From: Candidatus Latescibacterota bacterium
Lineage (GTDB): Bacteria; Latescibacterota; MWCZ01
Assembly: GCA_022706085.1 (NCBI GenBank)
Contig: JAKJDF010000007.1
Span: 10,474-74,473 of the forward strand
Length of the DNA: 64,000 bases
Reading direction: 5' to 3'
Within the stretch, counting starts at the first letter, position 1, and every line of letters begins with the position of its first letter. This document shows, in pieces, positions 36,390-48,146 of the stretch. The notes below the pieces were generated by a model that did no database searches, was not told the DNA's origin, and was given only the letters and a program-made list of their open reading frames with translations. The position numbers and the translations under genes are program-made.

Positions 36390-39300
36390 ATGAGTTGCCC
36401 GAAACTACGCGCACTGGCAAGAAACGTTCTGGTGGCTCTGGCAGCCGCCTTTTCTTTTTCACCGGCGGTTGCGGCCGGAATCGAGCAGATCTGGGTAGCC
36501 GACGCCCACATGGTGATGGAAGGGGCGCCGATGGTGGTTGATCTGGACGGAGATGGCGACGCGGAAATCCTGACCGCGGCGTACGAGCACATCATCGTGG
36601 TGGACGGTTCCGGCTCGGAACTCTGGAGGTACGACGGGCGGGGACGATACTCGACGTGTCCCGCGATTCTCGAACGCGTGGGAGACACCCCGCTCATCTT
36701 CGCCGGGGACAACACGGGGGAATTCACCTGCCTCGACGGGCGGGGCAACGTGGTGTGGAAGAGGGATCTGCCTTCGATCTTCTGCGCGTCGCCGGCGGTA
36801 GCCGATCTGGATGCAAACGGCACGTTCGAGGTGGTTCAGGGGGACAAAACCGGCAAAATTCACGTCATGGATGCTCTGTCGGGTGCTGTTGTGTGGACGG
36901 CACAACTTGACGGGGAGTGCGCCAGCCCGGCCGTCGGCGATTTGAATTCCGACGGGAAGCCGGAAATATGCATTGCCACCGGTGCCGGGAAGGTATACGC
37001 CCTCAGCGCCACGGGCGTGGTGCTCTGGAGCGTTGATCTCGGTTCGCCTTCGCCGGACTGGTCGACCAGTTCGCCGGTGATTTTCACGGGGTCCGATGGG
37101 AACGAGTACGTAGCGGCCGGTGCGCGTTCGGGGCGCTTTGTCTGCCTCAACGCGCGTGGTGAAGTGGGCTGGGAACGCAACCTGCGGGGCGCCATCGCCT
37201 CAACGATTTCGGTGAGCGACTTCGATTCCGACGGGATCGCCGACATCTTTGTCGTGACCCAGCTTGGCGTGCTGTACCGTTTTGACGAAACGGGCAACGT
37301 GATCTGGGATATTGACACGCAGGGGAGGAGCCTTGCATCGGGGGCAATTGTTGACGTGGACGGTGATTCTGCGCTCGAGTACGTGCTGTGCACCCAGAAC
37401 GGGAATCTGATGGTATTCAACCAGGCGGGAGAGATCACGTTCAACCATCAATTCCCGAACCGCACCATCAATGTGACGGCGGCGTTCGGTGACATCGTGA
37501 AGGCCCGGCCCGGTCTGGAGTTCGCCATCACGGGCGGCGAATCGGGGAAGGTGTACTGTTTTGGCACCGCGGCGCCTTTGAGTACTGCCGCCCCGTGGCG
37601 CACGTATCGGGGAGACAACCGGCTGACGGGTTGCTCGTCGGGTTCCAGTGCCGGAGCGGGTGCCCGAATGGCACCGGTGAATCTCGCGTGGGATCGTCTT
37701 CTCACGGGGGAGGCGGTTGTGTTCAGGGTTTCCCTTCCGGAGCCGGCGGGTCTGGCGAAGGCAGAGGCGACGTGCACGAGTCCGGACGGTTCGCGTCAGG
37801 CTTCGGTAGGCGCCGTGGCCGGTCAACGGGGTGTGCTTCAGATGCCCGTGGTGATCACGGCGCCGGGGGTGTACCGGTTCGAGTGGGCCGTCAGGGACGG
37901 CTCAGGGGAGAGGCTTGCGGGTGGTTCGCGCGAGTTGACACTGCGACCGTATCAGAACGATCGGGCGTTCGTGCAGAGAGCCTTGCGCGAGTTGCGTTCG
38001 GCACTGGGTCAGGCTCCGGTGGCGCGGACGGAACGTGGAATCCGCGGGGTGTTGCAGAGGGAGATGCGTGAGATCGAGCGCGAAGCGGTGGAACTGGCGG
38101 GGATTCAGGATGCAGTTCCCGGGGCGGCGCGTGAACTTGCTGAAGAAGCGAATGCCCGGACGATTGCGCTGAACGAGCGAACCAAACGCGCTCAGGCATT
38201 GACCCGGGTTGCGCGTGCGTTGCCGTCGGGCAGCGCCTCGCCGCGGGTGATTGCGTTCGAAGGGACGACGTGGGAAAACCGTGAAATCAATCGCCAGCTT
38301 CCCGCGGAGGTAGCGATCCCGCTGAGGATATCCCGGCGCGCGGTGACCGGGGAACATGAGCCGGTGTCTATCAAGTTGTGGAACGTGACGCTGGACACGG
38401 TGCGCGTGGAGGTTCGGGCAGAGCCCGGCAATGCGGGGATTCGGGTGACGCCGATGGAAGCGAAGGCGGTTCCCACGAACCTGAACACGATCGGATGGGA
38501 TGCGCTGCCGAGACTTGGAAACCGCCCGGTGGCGGTTCCGCCGCTGGAGACGAGCGAGGTGTGGCTCGACATTGATCTGGCCAACACGCCGCCGGGCAGG
38601 CACACGGTGACAGCGTTTTTCGGGGCAGGCAGCGCGGCCGCCCGCGCCATCGTCACGCTGGATGTGCTGCCGTTTGAAATGGCAGGGTATCGCGACCTGC
38701 GGTTGTGCAACTGGGCAGTGTATAACGGCGATGCCGTGCAGGACCTGCTTGCCCACGGGAACACGGTATTCATCACGGGAATGCCTCACGCCACCATCAG
38801 CCCCGAGAATCCGGGGCGAGTTTCCGTTGATTTCACCCGGCTCGATGCGTTCGTTGAGCCATTCCGTGGGCACGATGTGTTCCTGTTGCTGAGCGGTGTG
38901 CCGAGCCTCGGTGTTCCGGTGAGCAGCGACACGTTCGTCGTCCGGTTCGGCGATTACATCCGTCAGGTGCTCGGTCGCCTTGCACAGCGCGGGATACCGG
39001 AGACGAATGTGGCGCTGTATCCGTATGACGAACCGGGAGGCAGCGGCTGGAACACGGTGAATAGTTATATCGAGTTCGCGCGGCAGGCCTTGAAGGCGCA
39101 TCCCGGGCTCCTGTTCTACGTGAACGGCGGGGGCGATCTTCCCATGTTCCAGGCGTTCAACGAAGTGGCGGGGATCTGGTGCCCCGGCTACTACATGCTG
39201 CCGGACAGCTCCGCCGAGATGAACTTCATCCGAGCAAGCGGGAAGACGCTGTGGTCGTACGACTGCGGAATCGGGTATGCACGGCCGATTGGCTGGCACA

Positions 39301-39743
39301 CGAAGACGATCAACGTTGCCGGGCAGTACCGCATGTCGCCGGTATTCACGGTTGCCTTCGGCGCGACGGGGCTGGGGTACTGGTGTTACAACCACGGGCC
39401 ATCCATGTGGGGTGTCGTGGAGGCAGAGTTTCCGCTCGTGTACGTCAACCCTGACACCACTCACACTGCTTCGCGGAGGTGGGAGGCAGTCCGTGAAGGG
39501 ATCGAAGACGCCCGAATCATGCTGGCCTTGCGAGAGAAGCTTTCGGATGAGCGCCTGAATGAGGCGGCGAAGCAGAAAATCCGTCACCTGCTCGAAGTGA
39601 CGGCGCCTGATTTCGCCCGCCACTCGCTGGAAGAGGTTCGGCTGGGCGTGGCGCGCTACGCTCTCGATGCGACGAACAATGACGACACGGTGGGTGCATT
39701 CCGGCAGGAACTGCTGGACTGCGTTGCCGCAACGGTCGAGTAG
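36390..39743 (+). CDS. large secreted protein: N-terminal FG-GAP/PQQ-like beta-propeller repeats plus C-terminal glycoside-hydrolase-like domain
   Basis: Signal peptide (MSCPKLRALARNVLVALAAAFSFSPAVAAG); repeated DLDGDGDAEIL / DLDANGTFEVV / DLNSDGKPEI / DFDSDGIADIF / DVDGDSALEYV motifs; about 450-aa C-terminal domain of TIM-barrel-like composition; 1117 aa. Confidence 0.7.
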   Translation: MSCPKLRALARNVLVALAAAFSFSPAVAAGIEQIWVADAHMVMEGAPMVVDLDGDGDAEILTAAYEHIIVVDGSGSELWRYDGRGRYSTCPAILERVGDTPLIFAGDNTGEFTCLDGRGNVVWKRDLPSIFCASPAVADLDANGTFEVVQGDKTGKIHVMDALSGAVVWTAQLDGECASPAVGDLNSDGKPEICIATGAGKVYALSATGVVLWSVDLGSPSPDWSTSSPVIFTGSDGNEYVAAGARSGRFVCLNARGEVGWERNLRGAIASTISVSDFDSDGIADIFVVTQLGVLYRFDETGNVIWDIDTQGRSLASGAIVDVDGDSALEYVLCTQNGNLMVFNQAGEITFNHQFPNRTINVTAAFGDIVKARPGLEFAITGGESGKVYCFGTAAPLSTAAPWRTYRGDNRLTGCSSGSSAGAGARMAPVNLAWDRLLTGEAVVFRVSLPEPAGLAKAEATCTSPDGSRQASVGAVAGQRGVLQMPVVITAPGVYRFEWAVRDGSGERLAGGSRELTLRPYQNDRAFVQRALRELRSALGQAPVARTERGIRGVLQREMREIEREAVELAGIQDAVPGAARELAEEANARTIALNERTKRAQALTRVARALPSGSASPRVIAFEGTTWENREINRQLPAEVAIPLRISRRAVTGEHEPVSIKLWNVTLDTVRVEVRAEPGNAGIRVTPMEAKAVPTNLNTIGWDALPRLGNRPVAVPPLETSEVWLDIDLANTPPGRHTVTAFFGAGSAAARAIVTLDVLPFEMAGYRDLRLCNWAVYNGDAVQDLLAHGNTVFITGMPHATISPENPGRVSVDFTRLDAFVEPFRGHDVFLLLSGVPSLGVPVSSDTFVVRFGDYIRQVLGRLAQRGIPETNVALYPYDEPGGSGWNTVNSYIEFARQALKAHPGLLFYVNGGGDLPMFQAFNEVAGIWCPGYYMLPDSSAEMNFIRASGKTLWSYDCGIGYARPIGWHTKTINVAGQYRMSPVFTVAFGATGLGYWCYNHGPSMWGVVEAEFPLVYVNPDTTHTASRRWEAVREGIEDARIMLALREKLSDERLNEAAKQKIRHLLEVTAPDFARHSLEEVRLGVARYALDATNNDDTVGAFRQELLDCVAATVE

Positions 39744-39766
39744 CCTGCACCGATTCGGGGTGCAAG

Positions 39767-39805
39767 AGGCCGGCAGGGGTGTTGCGCCCCCTGCCGGCCT
39801 TTTTT
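39767..39805 (+). terminator. Rho-independent terminator
   Basis: Perfect 12-bp GC-rich stem GGCCGGCAGGGG / CCCCTGCCGGCC with 8-nt loop, followed by TTTTTTT. Confidence 0.75.
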
Positions 39806-39875
39806 TGTGCCGCGTGGAGTACGTTCGTCTTTCCGCCGTGTTGTTCTTCAGTGAGCTATTGCGAAAGGAACCGGA

Positions 39876-42326
39876 ATGACACAGGGATCCACTGCCCGGA
39901 CAACGTTACCGATTTCGGGCATGAGTTGCGCCGCGTGCGCGGCGCGCATTGAGCGGAAGCTGCGAGCGTTGGAAGGCGTTTCGGACGCGCAGGTGAATCT
40001 GGCGGCGCACACGGCATTGATTACCCATGACGCCGCCACGGCACCGGTACCGCGAATCGTTGACGCCGTCCGCGAGGCGGGATATGACGTGCCGTCGGAA
40101 ACGTTGCACATCCCGGTGGAGGGGATGAGCTGTGCGTCGTGCGTGTTCCGAGTGGAGCGCGCGGTGAAGGGCGTGGAAGGCGTGCTGGACGCCCAGGTGA
40201 ACCTTGCGACAGGGGAGGCAACCGTTCGTACGGTTTTGGCGGACGATTCCGTTACGCGCGCGATTGCCGCGGCGGTGGAGAAGGCCGGGTACGGCGTCAG
40301 GTCTGTGGAGCGTTCGGATCGGTCGACGGTAGATCCGGTGGCGCGTTCGGAAGAGGAATTCAGGAGTCTGAAGCGACGGTTTGCGATTGCCGCGGTGTTT
40401 GCGATCCCGGTGTTTCTGATCAGCATGGGCCTGGTGCCGGGTGTGGCGCGCCTGCCCTTCCAGACCACCGCAATTCTTCTGCTGGGGCTTACGCTCCCCG
40501 TTCAGTTCTGGGCGGGATGGCAGTTCCACCGGGGCGCGTGGCAGCAGTTGCGCCATGCGTCCGCCGACATGAACACGCTGATTTCGGTGGGAACAAACGC
40601 CGCGTTCCTCTTCAGTCTGGTTTTGACGTTCCATCCGGCCGCCTTCCGGAGTACCGGGGTACACCACGCGGTCTATTACGAAACGTCGGCGGTAATCATC
40701 ACGCTGGTTCTGTTCGGGCGGATGCTGGAGGCGCGGGCGAAAGCCAGGACCACGCAGGCGATGAGCGCCCTTCTCGCGCTTCGGCCGGTAGCCGCCCATG
40801 TGGAGCGGGACGGGCAGATTGCGGACGTTGACCCGGCGGATGTGGTGGCGGGCGATGTTCTTGTGGTGCGACCGGGCGAGCGGCTGCCGGTGGACGGAGT
40901 GGTACTGGATGGTTATTCGTCGGTGGATGAGAGCCTGCTGACGGGCGAGAGTCTGCCGGTGGACAAGAAACAGGATGACACGGTGACGGGTGGGACGCTG
41001 AACGTGTCGGGGAGTTTCCGTTACCGCGCGACGCGGGTGGGGAATGAGACGACGCTGGCCCAGATTATCCGGCTGGTGGAGCGCGCTCAGGGTTCCAAGG
41101 CACCCGTGCAGCGGCTGGTTGACTGGATTTCCGCGGTGTTCGTTCCGACGGTGATCGCGATTTCGGCGGTGACGTTTTTCGTGTGGTGGGCTTTCGGGCC
41201 GGACCCGGCGCTCCATTTTGCGGTGCTGAACGCCGTCGCGGTGCTGATCGTCACGTGTCCGTGCGCGCTTGGCCTTGCCACCCCGACGGCGATCATGGTG
41301 GGGACGGGGCGAGGGGCGGAGATGGGCATCTTCATCAGAAGTGGTGAAACGCTGGAACGAGTTGGCAGGCTGACGACGGTTGTGTTCGACAAGACGGGAA
41401 CGCTGACGCGAGGGGAACCTGTTGTGACGGGGGTACATGCAGTTGGTACCACGCCGGCGGAGGAGGTACTCGTTCTTGCGGCGTCGGCTGAGGCCCGGTC
41501 TGAGCACCCTCTGGGGGCTGCCATCGTCAGGAACGCAGCGGAGCGGTCGCTTCCGCTTCTTTCGTGCGACGAGTTCTCGGCTGAACCGGGCCACGGACTG
41601 CGGGCAACGATTGGCAACCGGGTGGTTCTGATTGGCAATGCCGCCCTGATGCATGAGCAGGGCGTGCGCCTGGATGCGGGGAAAAGCGTTGCGGAAGAGA
41701 TTCAGGCAAAGGGAGCCACCGCGGTGTTCGTGGCGCTCGATGGCCTGCTGGAGGCGGTGTTCGAGATCGCGGATACGCCGAAACCGCATGCCGCCGAGGT
41801 GATCGCGGCGCTGAAACGCGACGGTTTGAGGGTAATCATCCTGACAGGGGATTCGCGACGGACGGCCGAAGCAATTGCATCACAACTCGGCGCGGATGAG
41901 GTGATTGCGGAGGTGAGGCCGGGCGCGAAAGCGGATTATGTGGCGGCTCTGCAGAGGAACGGGGCGGTTGTCGCGATGGTGGGTGACGGCGTGAACGATG
42001 CGCCGGCTCTGGCCCAGGCGGATATCGGCATTGCGCTCGGGACGGGAAGCGACGCGGCGATGGAGACCGCCGGAATCACCCTTATCGGGGGCGACCTACG
42101 CAGCGTGCGGAAAGCGATTGCGCTTTCCCGCGCCACGTTGCGGACGATACGGCAGAACCTCTTCTGGGCATTCATCTACAACGTGGCGGGCATTCCGATC
42201 GCGGCGGGCGTTCTCTACCCGGTGAACGGCATGTTGCTCGACCCGATGCTGGCAAGCGCCGCGATGGCGATGAGCAGCGTCAGCGTGGTGACGAACAGCC
42301 TGCGGTTGCGGCGCTGGAACGCGTGA
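39876..42326 (+). CDS. copA: copper-translocating P1B-type ATPase
   Basis: Two N-terminal HMA domains ([24 protein letters not shown]), CPC motif VTCPCALG, phosphorylation motif FDKTGTLT, hinge GDGVNDAP. Confidence 0.9.
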   Translation: MTQGSTARTTLPISGMSCAACAARIERKLRALEGVSDAQVNLAAHTALITHDAATAPVPRIVDAVREAGYDVPSETLHIPVEGMSCASCVFRVERAVKGVEGVLDAQVNLATGEATVRTVLADDSVTRAIAAAVEKAGYGVRSVERSDRSTVDPVARSEEEFRSLKRRFAIAAVFAIPVFLISMGLVPGVARLPFQTTAILLLGLTLPVQFWAGWQFHRGAWQQLRHASADMNTLISVGTNAAFLFSLVLTFHPAAFRSTGVHHAVYYETSAVIITLVLFGRMLEARAKARTTQAMSALLALRPVAAHVERDGQIADVDPADVVAGDVLVVRPGERLPVDGVVLDGYSSVDESLLTGESLPVDKKQDDTVTGGTLNVSGSFRYRATRVGNETTLAQIIRLVERAQGSKAPVQRLVDWISAVFVPTVIAISAVTFFVWWAFGPDPALHFAVLNAVAVLIVTCPCALGLATPTAIMVGTGRGAEMGIFIRSGETLERVGRLTTVVFDKTGTLTRGEPVVTGVHAVGTTPAEEVLVLAASAEARSEHPLGAAIVRNAAERSLPLLSCDEFSAEPGHGLRATIGNRVVLIGNAALMHEQGVRLDAGKSVAEEIQAKGATAVFVALDGLLEAVFEIADTPKPHAAEVIAALKRDGLRVIILTGDSRRTAEAIASQLGADEVIAEVRPGAKADYVAALQRNGAVVAMVGDGVNDAPALAQADIGIALGTGSDAAMETAGITLIGGDLRSVRKAIALSRATLRTIRQNLFWAFIYNVAGIPIAAGVLYPVNGMLLDPMLASAAMAMSSVSVVTNSLRLRRWNA

Positions 42327-42368
42327 TCGCGGGAGTGGAGCGAACGGGAACCCCTGCGCGTGCTCCGA

Positions 42369-43133
42369 TCATCCATCCCTCCTTACGGGTGCCGTGCGAT
42401 GCGCTACGGAAACGCGGATAAGCACTCGCGGGGCGTACGGGGTTTTGAGGCCGTCGGGCAGGCCGGCACGCGGCGCCACGAAGGTATGGCCGCTGATCCA
42501 CGCGGTGCTGCTTACGTCGAGGCCGACCTCCAGACCGGTGTACGTGCTTGAGATACCTTGGTCCAGCGCACTTTCGGGCGGGCCTCCCCACCCGACGAAG
42601 TACCCCGCAACCGCTCCCACGGGTACCCCGTGCGAGGAGACTGAAGTCCACGCCACGTGGTATTCGCGGCTTCCCGTGTGCTCCATTCGCATGTACCCGC
42701 CGTACCAACCGACGAACGGAGACAGGAGGTGTTTCGAGGTCTGCCGGAAACCGAGCCATCGCCGGCAGGGCTCATATCGCGCACCCAGCGTGATCGCGGT
42801 TACGGAGAAGCTGTTCTTGAAAGCCGTTGTTTCCGGGGGCGAGGTGTAGGTTTTGACGAGCGCCAATCCCGCCAGTTTTTCCGTTCGTTCGAACCGCGTG
42901 GAGAGCCGTTCGACGTTGAAATGAGTGGACCACCAGCCAAAGCTCCGCGATGGAGTCATCTGGTCCACACCGAACAGGAATCCCGCGACGCGCCCCCACT
43001 CGCCTGCGGTTCCGCCCGCGGCGGCACCTGCACGAACGGTGTACTGCGCGTGCGCCAAGGGGACCGACAGGAAGAGGACCGCGAAGGCCGCCGTGAGGCT
43101 CATGAGCGCACGAAGCTTCGAGGACGAATTCAT
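42369..43133 (-). CDS. hypothetical secreted protein (possible outer-membrane beta-rich protein)
   Basis: Signal peptide MNSSSKLRALMSLTAAFAVLFLSVPLAHAQ; Gly/Trp/Tyr-rich beta-like composition; start overlaps stop of upstream gene. Confidence 0.45.
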   Translation of the reverse strand: MNSSSKLRALMSLTAAFAVLFLSVPLAHAQYTVRAGAAAGGTAGEWGRVAGFLFGVDQMTPSRSFGWWSTHFNVERLSTRFERTEKLAGLALVKTYTSPPETTAFKNSFSVTAITLGARYEPCRRWLGFRQTSKHLLSPFVGWYGGYMRMEHTGSREYHVAWTSVSSHGVPVGAVAGYFVGWGGPPESALDQGISSTYTGLEVGLDVSSTAWISGHTFVAPRAGLPDGLKTPYAPRVLIRVSVAHRTAPVRRDG

Positions 43134-43762
43134 CACAGGTTGAAACCGATCAGGGTAATTGCACCGATTGCCAGACCGAGCCCGGCCTCGGCGGCGATCA
43201 CTTTCCACACCGCCAGCCGGTGCGCATCAGAGAGGCAGAGTATTTCGATCAGCAGAGACCAGACGGTGAGCCCGAACTGGACGGCGTAATCAACGGTGAG
43301 GACGAGGGCCCGGGGGTCGTCCGACCCGGATATACGCGACGGGGTAAGGGCTGAGTAGCCATAACCGGCCACCATGATTGCCCAGAGCACCAGACTCGGA
43401 ACACCCGGGGCCAGGGCCCACGCGACGGCCGTCCTTGTCGCCGTCCACGATCCCGAACCACCGATCCGCCGGAGCACCCAGTGCAAAACCCGGGCAATGA
43501 CAAAGACCATGAGCGCACCGGCCATGACGCCTGACACGAGAATCAGGAGCGTCAGTGCCGCGGGTTCGAGTTCAGTCAGGGACGGGAGGAGTGCAATCCG
43601 CTCCACGATCCGGCTTGCGCCGCCGGCGAGGATGAGGAGCCACAGCCACCGCCCCGGGGCGTAGAGAGTCATGGCGGCGACGGTCTGGCGCGGGTGCGTC
43701 CAGATGGTTCGCCACGGGCGCAGGTCCGCGGTTGCATCGTCCTGTGTTGACGGAAACGCCAT
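43133..43762 (-). CDS. hypothetical membrane protein (Yip1-like topology)
   Basis: 209 aa, five hydrophobic helices; GAGG ribosome-binding site; forms a two-gene unit with 42369..43133. Confidence 0.45.
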   Translation of the reverse strand: MAFPSTQDDATADLRPWRTIWTHPRQTVAAMTLYAPGRWLWLLILAGGASRIVERIALLPSLTELEPAALTLLILVSGVMAGALMVFVIARVLHWVLRRIGGSGSWTATRTAVAWALAPGVPSLVLWAIMVAGYGYSALTPSRISGSDDPRALVLTVDYAVQFGLTVWSLLIEILCLSDAHRLAVWKVIAAEAGLGLAIGAITLIGFNL

Positions 43763-44052
43763 CGTACCTCACATGATTTTTTCGGGGCGAATGAACCATC
43801 CATTCCGGCTGCTGATAAAGGTACCCACCGAGGCCGGGTTTCGCCGAGGGTCAACGCCTTGCCGGACCAATCTGCGAGGAAAGAGCGTGCTGACGAAATG
43901 GCGATGTATGCCACTATGGCATTGGCCATTGCGCCATTACGGCATAAATCAAAGAAAAACAGCCCTCCGCGAACCACACGGCACAGGTATTGCGTTTCTC
44001 CATGCCCCGAAGGTTTCGATCAATCGTCGGGCAGATGTTCGCCGGCTGAGAT

Positions 44053-44078
44053 TTGAAGTCAGGCAGTAACGTCCATTT
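44053..44078 (+). promoter_or_regulatory. sigma32-like heat-shock promoter candidate
   Basis: TTGAAG, 14-nt spacer, CCATTTCA, resembling TTGAAA-N13-15-CCCCATNT; located just upstream of grpE. Confidence 0.3.
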
Positions 44079-44097
44079 CATCGCTCAGGAGACGCGT

Positions 44098-44793
44098 GTG
44101 AAGGTTACAATTCGTGAAGAAAAGCCGAAGGACAAGAACGAGGAAAAGGGCACGGTAACCGAGAAAACTGTTGAGGCGCAATCTCCCGCCGACGGAGGCG
44201 CGGAAAGCGCCGGTCCGGAAGTGGAGACCCGGGAGGAACCGGCCCTGAAGGTTGAGGAAGAGGCTCAAAAAGAAGCACTGGAGCAGCAGCTTGCCGGGGC
44301 GCAGCGCGAAGCCGCGGAGAACAGGGACAAGTACCTGCGCGCGGTGGCGGAACTGGAGAATTTCCGCCGGCGCACCGCCCGGGAATTTGCTGACATGAGC
44401 CTGCGGGCCGGTGAGCGGATTCTCACCGCGCTTCTGGACCCGGCAGACAATCTGGCACGTGCTCTGGACGCGGCGAGGAAGATGGAGGCCGAACAAGCGG
44501 GAGACACGTTGACCAGCTTCATCGGCGGGGTGGAGATGATCTACCAGCAACTGGTCTCGATTCTTGAGAAGGAGCAGGTCAGGCCGATGGAGACCGTCGG
44601 CACCGTGTTTGATCCGAACCTTCATGACGCGCTTGTTGCGGTGGAACGGTCGGATGTTCCACCGAACACCGTTGTGGAAGAAGTGCAACGGGGATACCGG
44701 CTGGGCGACCGCGTGTTGAGGCACGCGAAGGTGGTGGTCAGCAGGGCACCGGTTGCAGAGGAAAAACCGAACGAGAACGAGAATACTCAATAA
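44098..44793 (+). CDS. grpE: nucleotide exchange factor GrpE
   Basis: Acidic N-terminus, long paired helix, conserved C-terminal beta-domain (VFDPNLHDALV...GYRLGDRVLRHAKVVV); GTG start after AGGAG. Confidence 0.85.
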   Translation: MKVTIREEKPKDKNEEKGTVTEKTVEAQSPADGGAESAGPEVETREEPALKVEEEAQKEALEQQLAGAQREAAENRDKYLRAVAELENFRRRTAREFADMSLRAGERILTALLDPADNLARALDAARKMEAEQAGDTLTSFIGGVEMIYQQLVSILEKEQVRPMETVGTVFDPNLHDALVAVERSDVPPNTVVEEVQRGYRLGDRVLRHAKVVVSRAPVAEEKPNENENTQ

Positions 44794-44831
44794 ATCTCTG
44801 AGCCGCCTGATTCGGCGGAAGAAAGGCTTGA

Positions 44832-46760
<1,929 letters not shown>

Positions 46761-46799
46761 GTCCCGGTCGGAGCAGCACATAGCGATTCCTTCGGCAGA

Positions 46800-46843
46800 G
46801 GGGCGGTTCTGTGATCACGTACTGACGTGCTCAGAACAGCCCC
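46800..46843 (+). terminator. intergenic stem-loop between dnaK and dnaJ (possible attenuator)
   Basis: GGGGCGGTTCTG ... CAGAACAGCCCC (11/12 pairs, 20-nt loop) followed by TTTGCC; no strong U-tract. Confidence 0.3.
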
Positions 46844-46964
46844 TTTGCCCGTTGCTTCGGAGCCTTTTCCGGAGGATACCGCAGGGAACCCGGGAGGAAA
46901 CGGCGGGTGGACGGAGTTATCTTTTTTGAGACACTGGAGACACGGAGACGACGAAGGACGATAG

Positions 46965-48137
46965 ATGGCACAGAAGCGTGATTACTACGAAGTACTCGGC
47001 ATCGAGCGAACCGCGAACGACGATGCCGTGAAGAAGGCGTATCGGAAGCTGGCTCTGAAGTACCATCCCGATCGTAACCCTGGCGACAAAGCGGCTGAAG
47101 AGAAATTCAAAGAGCTTGCGGAAGCGTACGAGGTGCTGAGCGACCCTGAGAAGCGACAGCGGTATGACAGATTCGGCCATCAGGGGGTTCAGGATCAGTT
47201 TGGTCAGGGCGGCTTCCAGTGGCAGAACTTTTCGCACGCGAGCGAATTCGAGGATATTTTCTCCTCGTTTTTCGGAAGCAGAGGATTTGAGGACCTTTTC
47301 GGCGGCGGAGGCACGCGCACGAGCCGGCGCCGGGGGGCGCAACAGGGTTCCGATGTGCGCGTATCGCTCAGTCTTCCGCTGGAAGAGATCGCCACAGGGG
47401 TGGAGAAGCGCATCAGGCTCAAGCGTGTGCAGGTGCGTTGTCCCACGTGCAACGGCACCGGCGGCAGGGAGGGATCGAAACCGACCACGTGCGTCGCGTG
47501 CGGCGGTTCCGGGCAGGTGCGCCGGATGCAGGGGGGATTCTTCAACCTTGTGACCGTGGTAACCTGTGACCGGTGCAACGGTTCAGGACAGGTGGTGACG
47601 GACCCGTGTCCCACGTGCCGGGGAACCGGGCTTACTGGCGACGAACGCACTGTTTCGGTGCGCATCCCCGCGGGGGTTGCGAACGGCAACACGATGCGCC
47701 TGCGGGGACAGGGGAACGCGGGGCCCCACGGGGGGCCTGCGGGCGACCTGCTTATCGACATTCACGAGGAAGAGCACCCGTTGTTCCAGCGGCAGGATGA
47801 CGATGTGGTGTATGAGCTTCCGATCAGCTTCAGCCAGGCGGCGCTGGGAGCGGATGTGGAGGTGCCGACGCTGGACGGGAAGGTGCGGATGAAGGTTCCG
47901 CCGGGGACGCAATCCGGCAAGGTGCTGCGGTTGCGGGGGAAGGGCATTCCGCACATGAACGGTTATGGCAACGGCGACATGCTCGTGCGTCTGCACGTCT
48001 GGACGCCGGTGAAGTTGAATTCGCAGGAACGGAAGGTGTTCGAGGAGCTCGCCCGCCTGGAGAAAAACTCCGAATCGGGGACTCCCGCCGGCGGGCGGAG
48101 TTTCTTCGACAAGGTGCGTGACGCGTTCAGGGAATGA
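46965..48137 (+). CDS. dnaJ: molecular chaperone DnaJ
   Basis: J-domain HPD motif ([10 protein letters not shown]), G/F-rich linker, four CxxCxGxG zinc-finger repeats ([32 protein letters not shown]). Confidence 0.95.
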   Translation: MAQKRDYYEVLGIERTANDDAVKKAYRKLALKYHPDRNPGDKAAEEKFKELAEAYEVLSDPEKRQRYDRFGHQGVQDQFGQGGFQWQNFSHASEFEDIFSSFFGSRGFEDLFGGGGTRTSRRRGAQQGSDVRVSLSLPLEEIATGVEKRIRLKRVQVRCPTCNGTGGREGSKPTTCVACGGSGQVRRMQGGFFNLVTVVTCDRCNGSGQVVTDPCPTCRGTGLTGDERTVSVRIPAGVANGNTMRLRGQGNAGPHGGPAGDLLIDIHEEEHPLFQRQDDDVVYELPISFSQAALGADVEVPTLDGKVRMKVPPGTQSGKVLRLRGKGIPHMNGYGNGDMLVRLHVWTPVKLNSQERKVFEELARLEKNSESGTPAGGRSFFDKVRDAFRE

Positions 48138-48146
48138 GCCGAACGA

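Noticed and set aside
37902-41789. Long minus-strand ORFs (573 aa and 627 aa) antisense to the large secreted protein and copA
   Set aside because: Arg/Pro/His-rich composition and complete overlap with strongly supported plus-strand genes.
43770-44097. CIRCE element / HrcA operator upstream of grpE
   Set aside because: Read the grpE upstream region for TTAGCACTC-N9-GAGTGCTAA; no match found.
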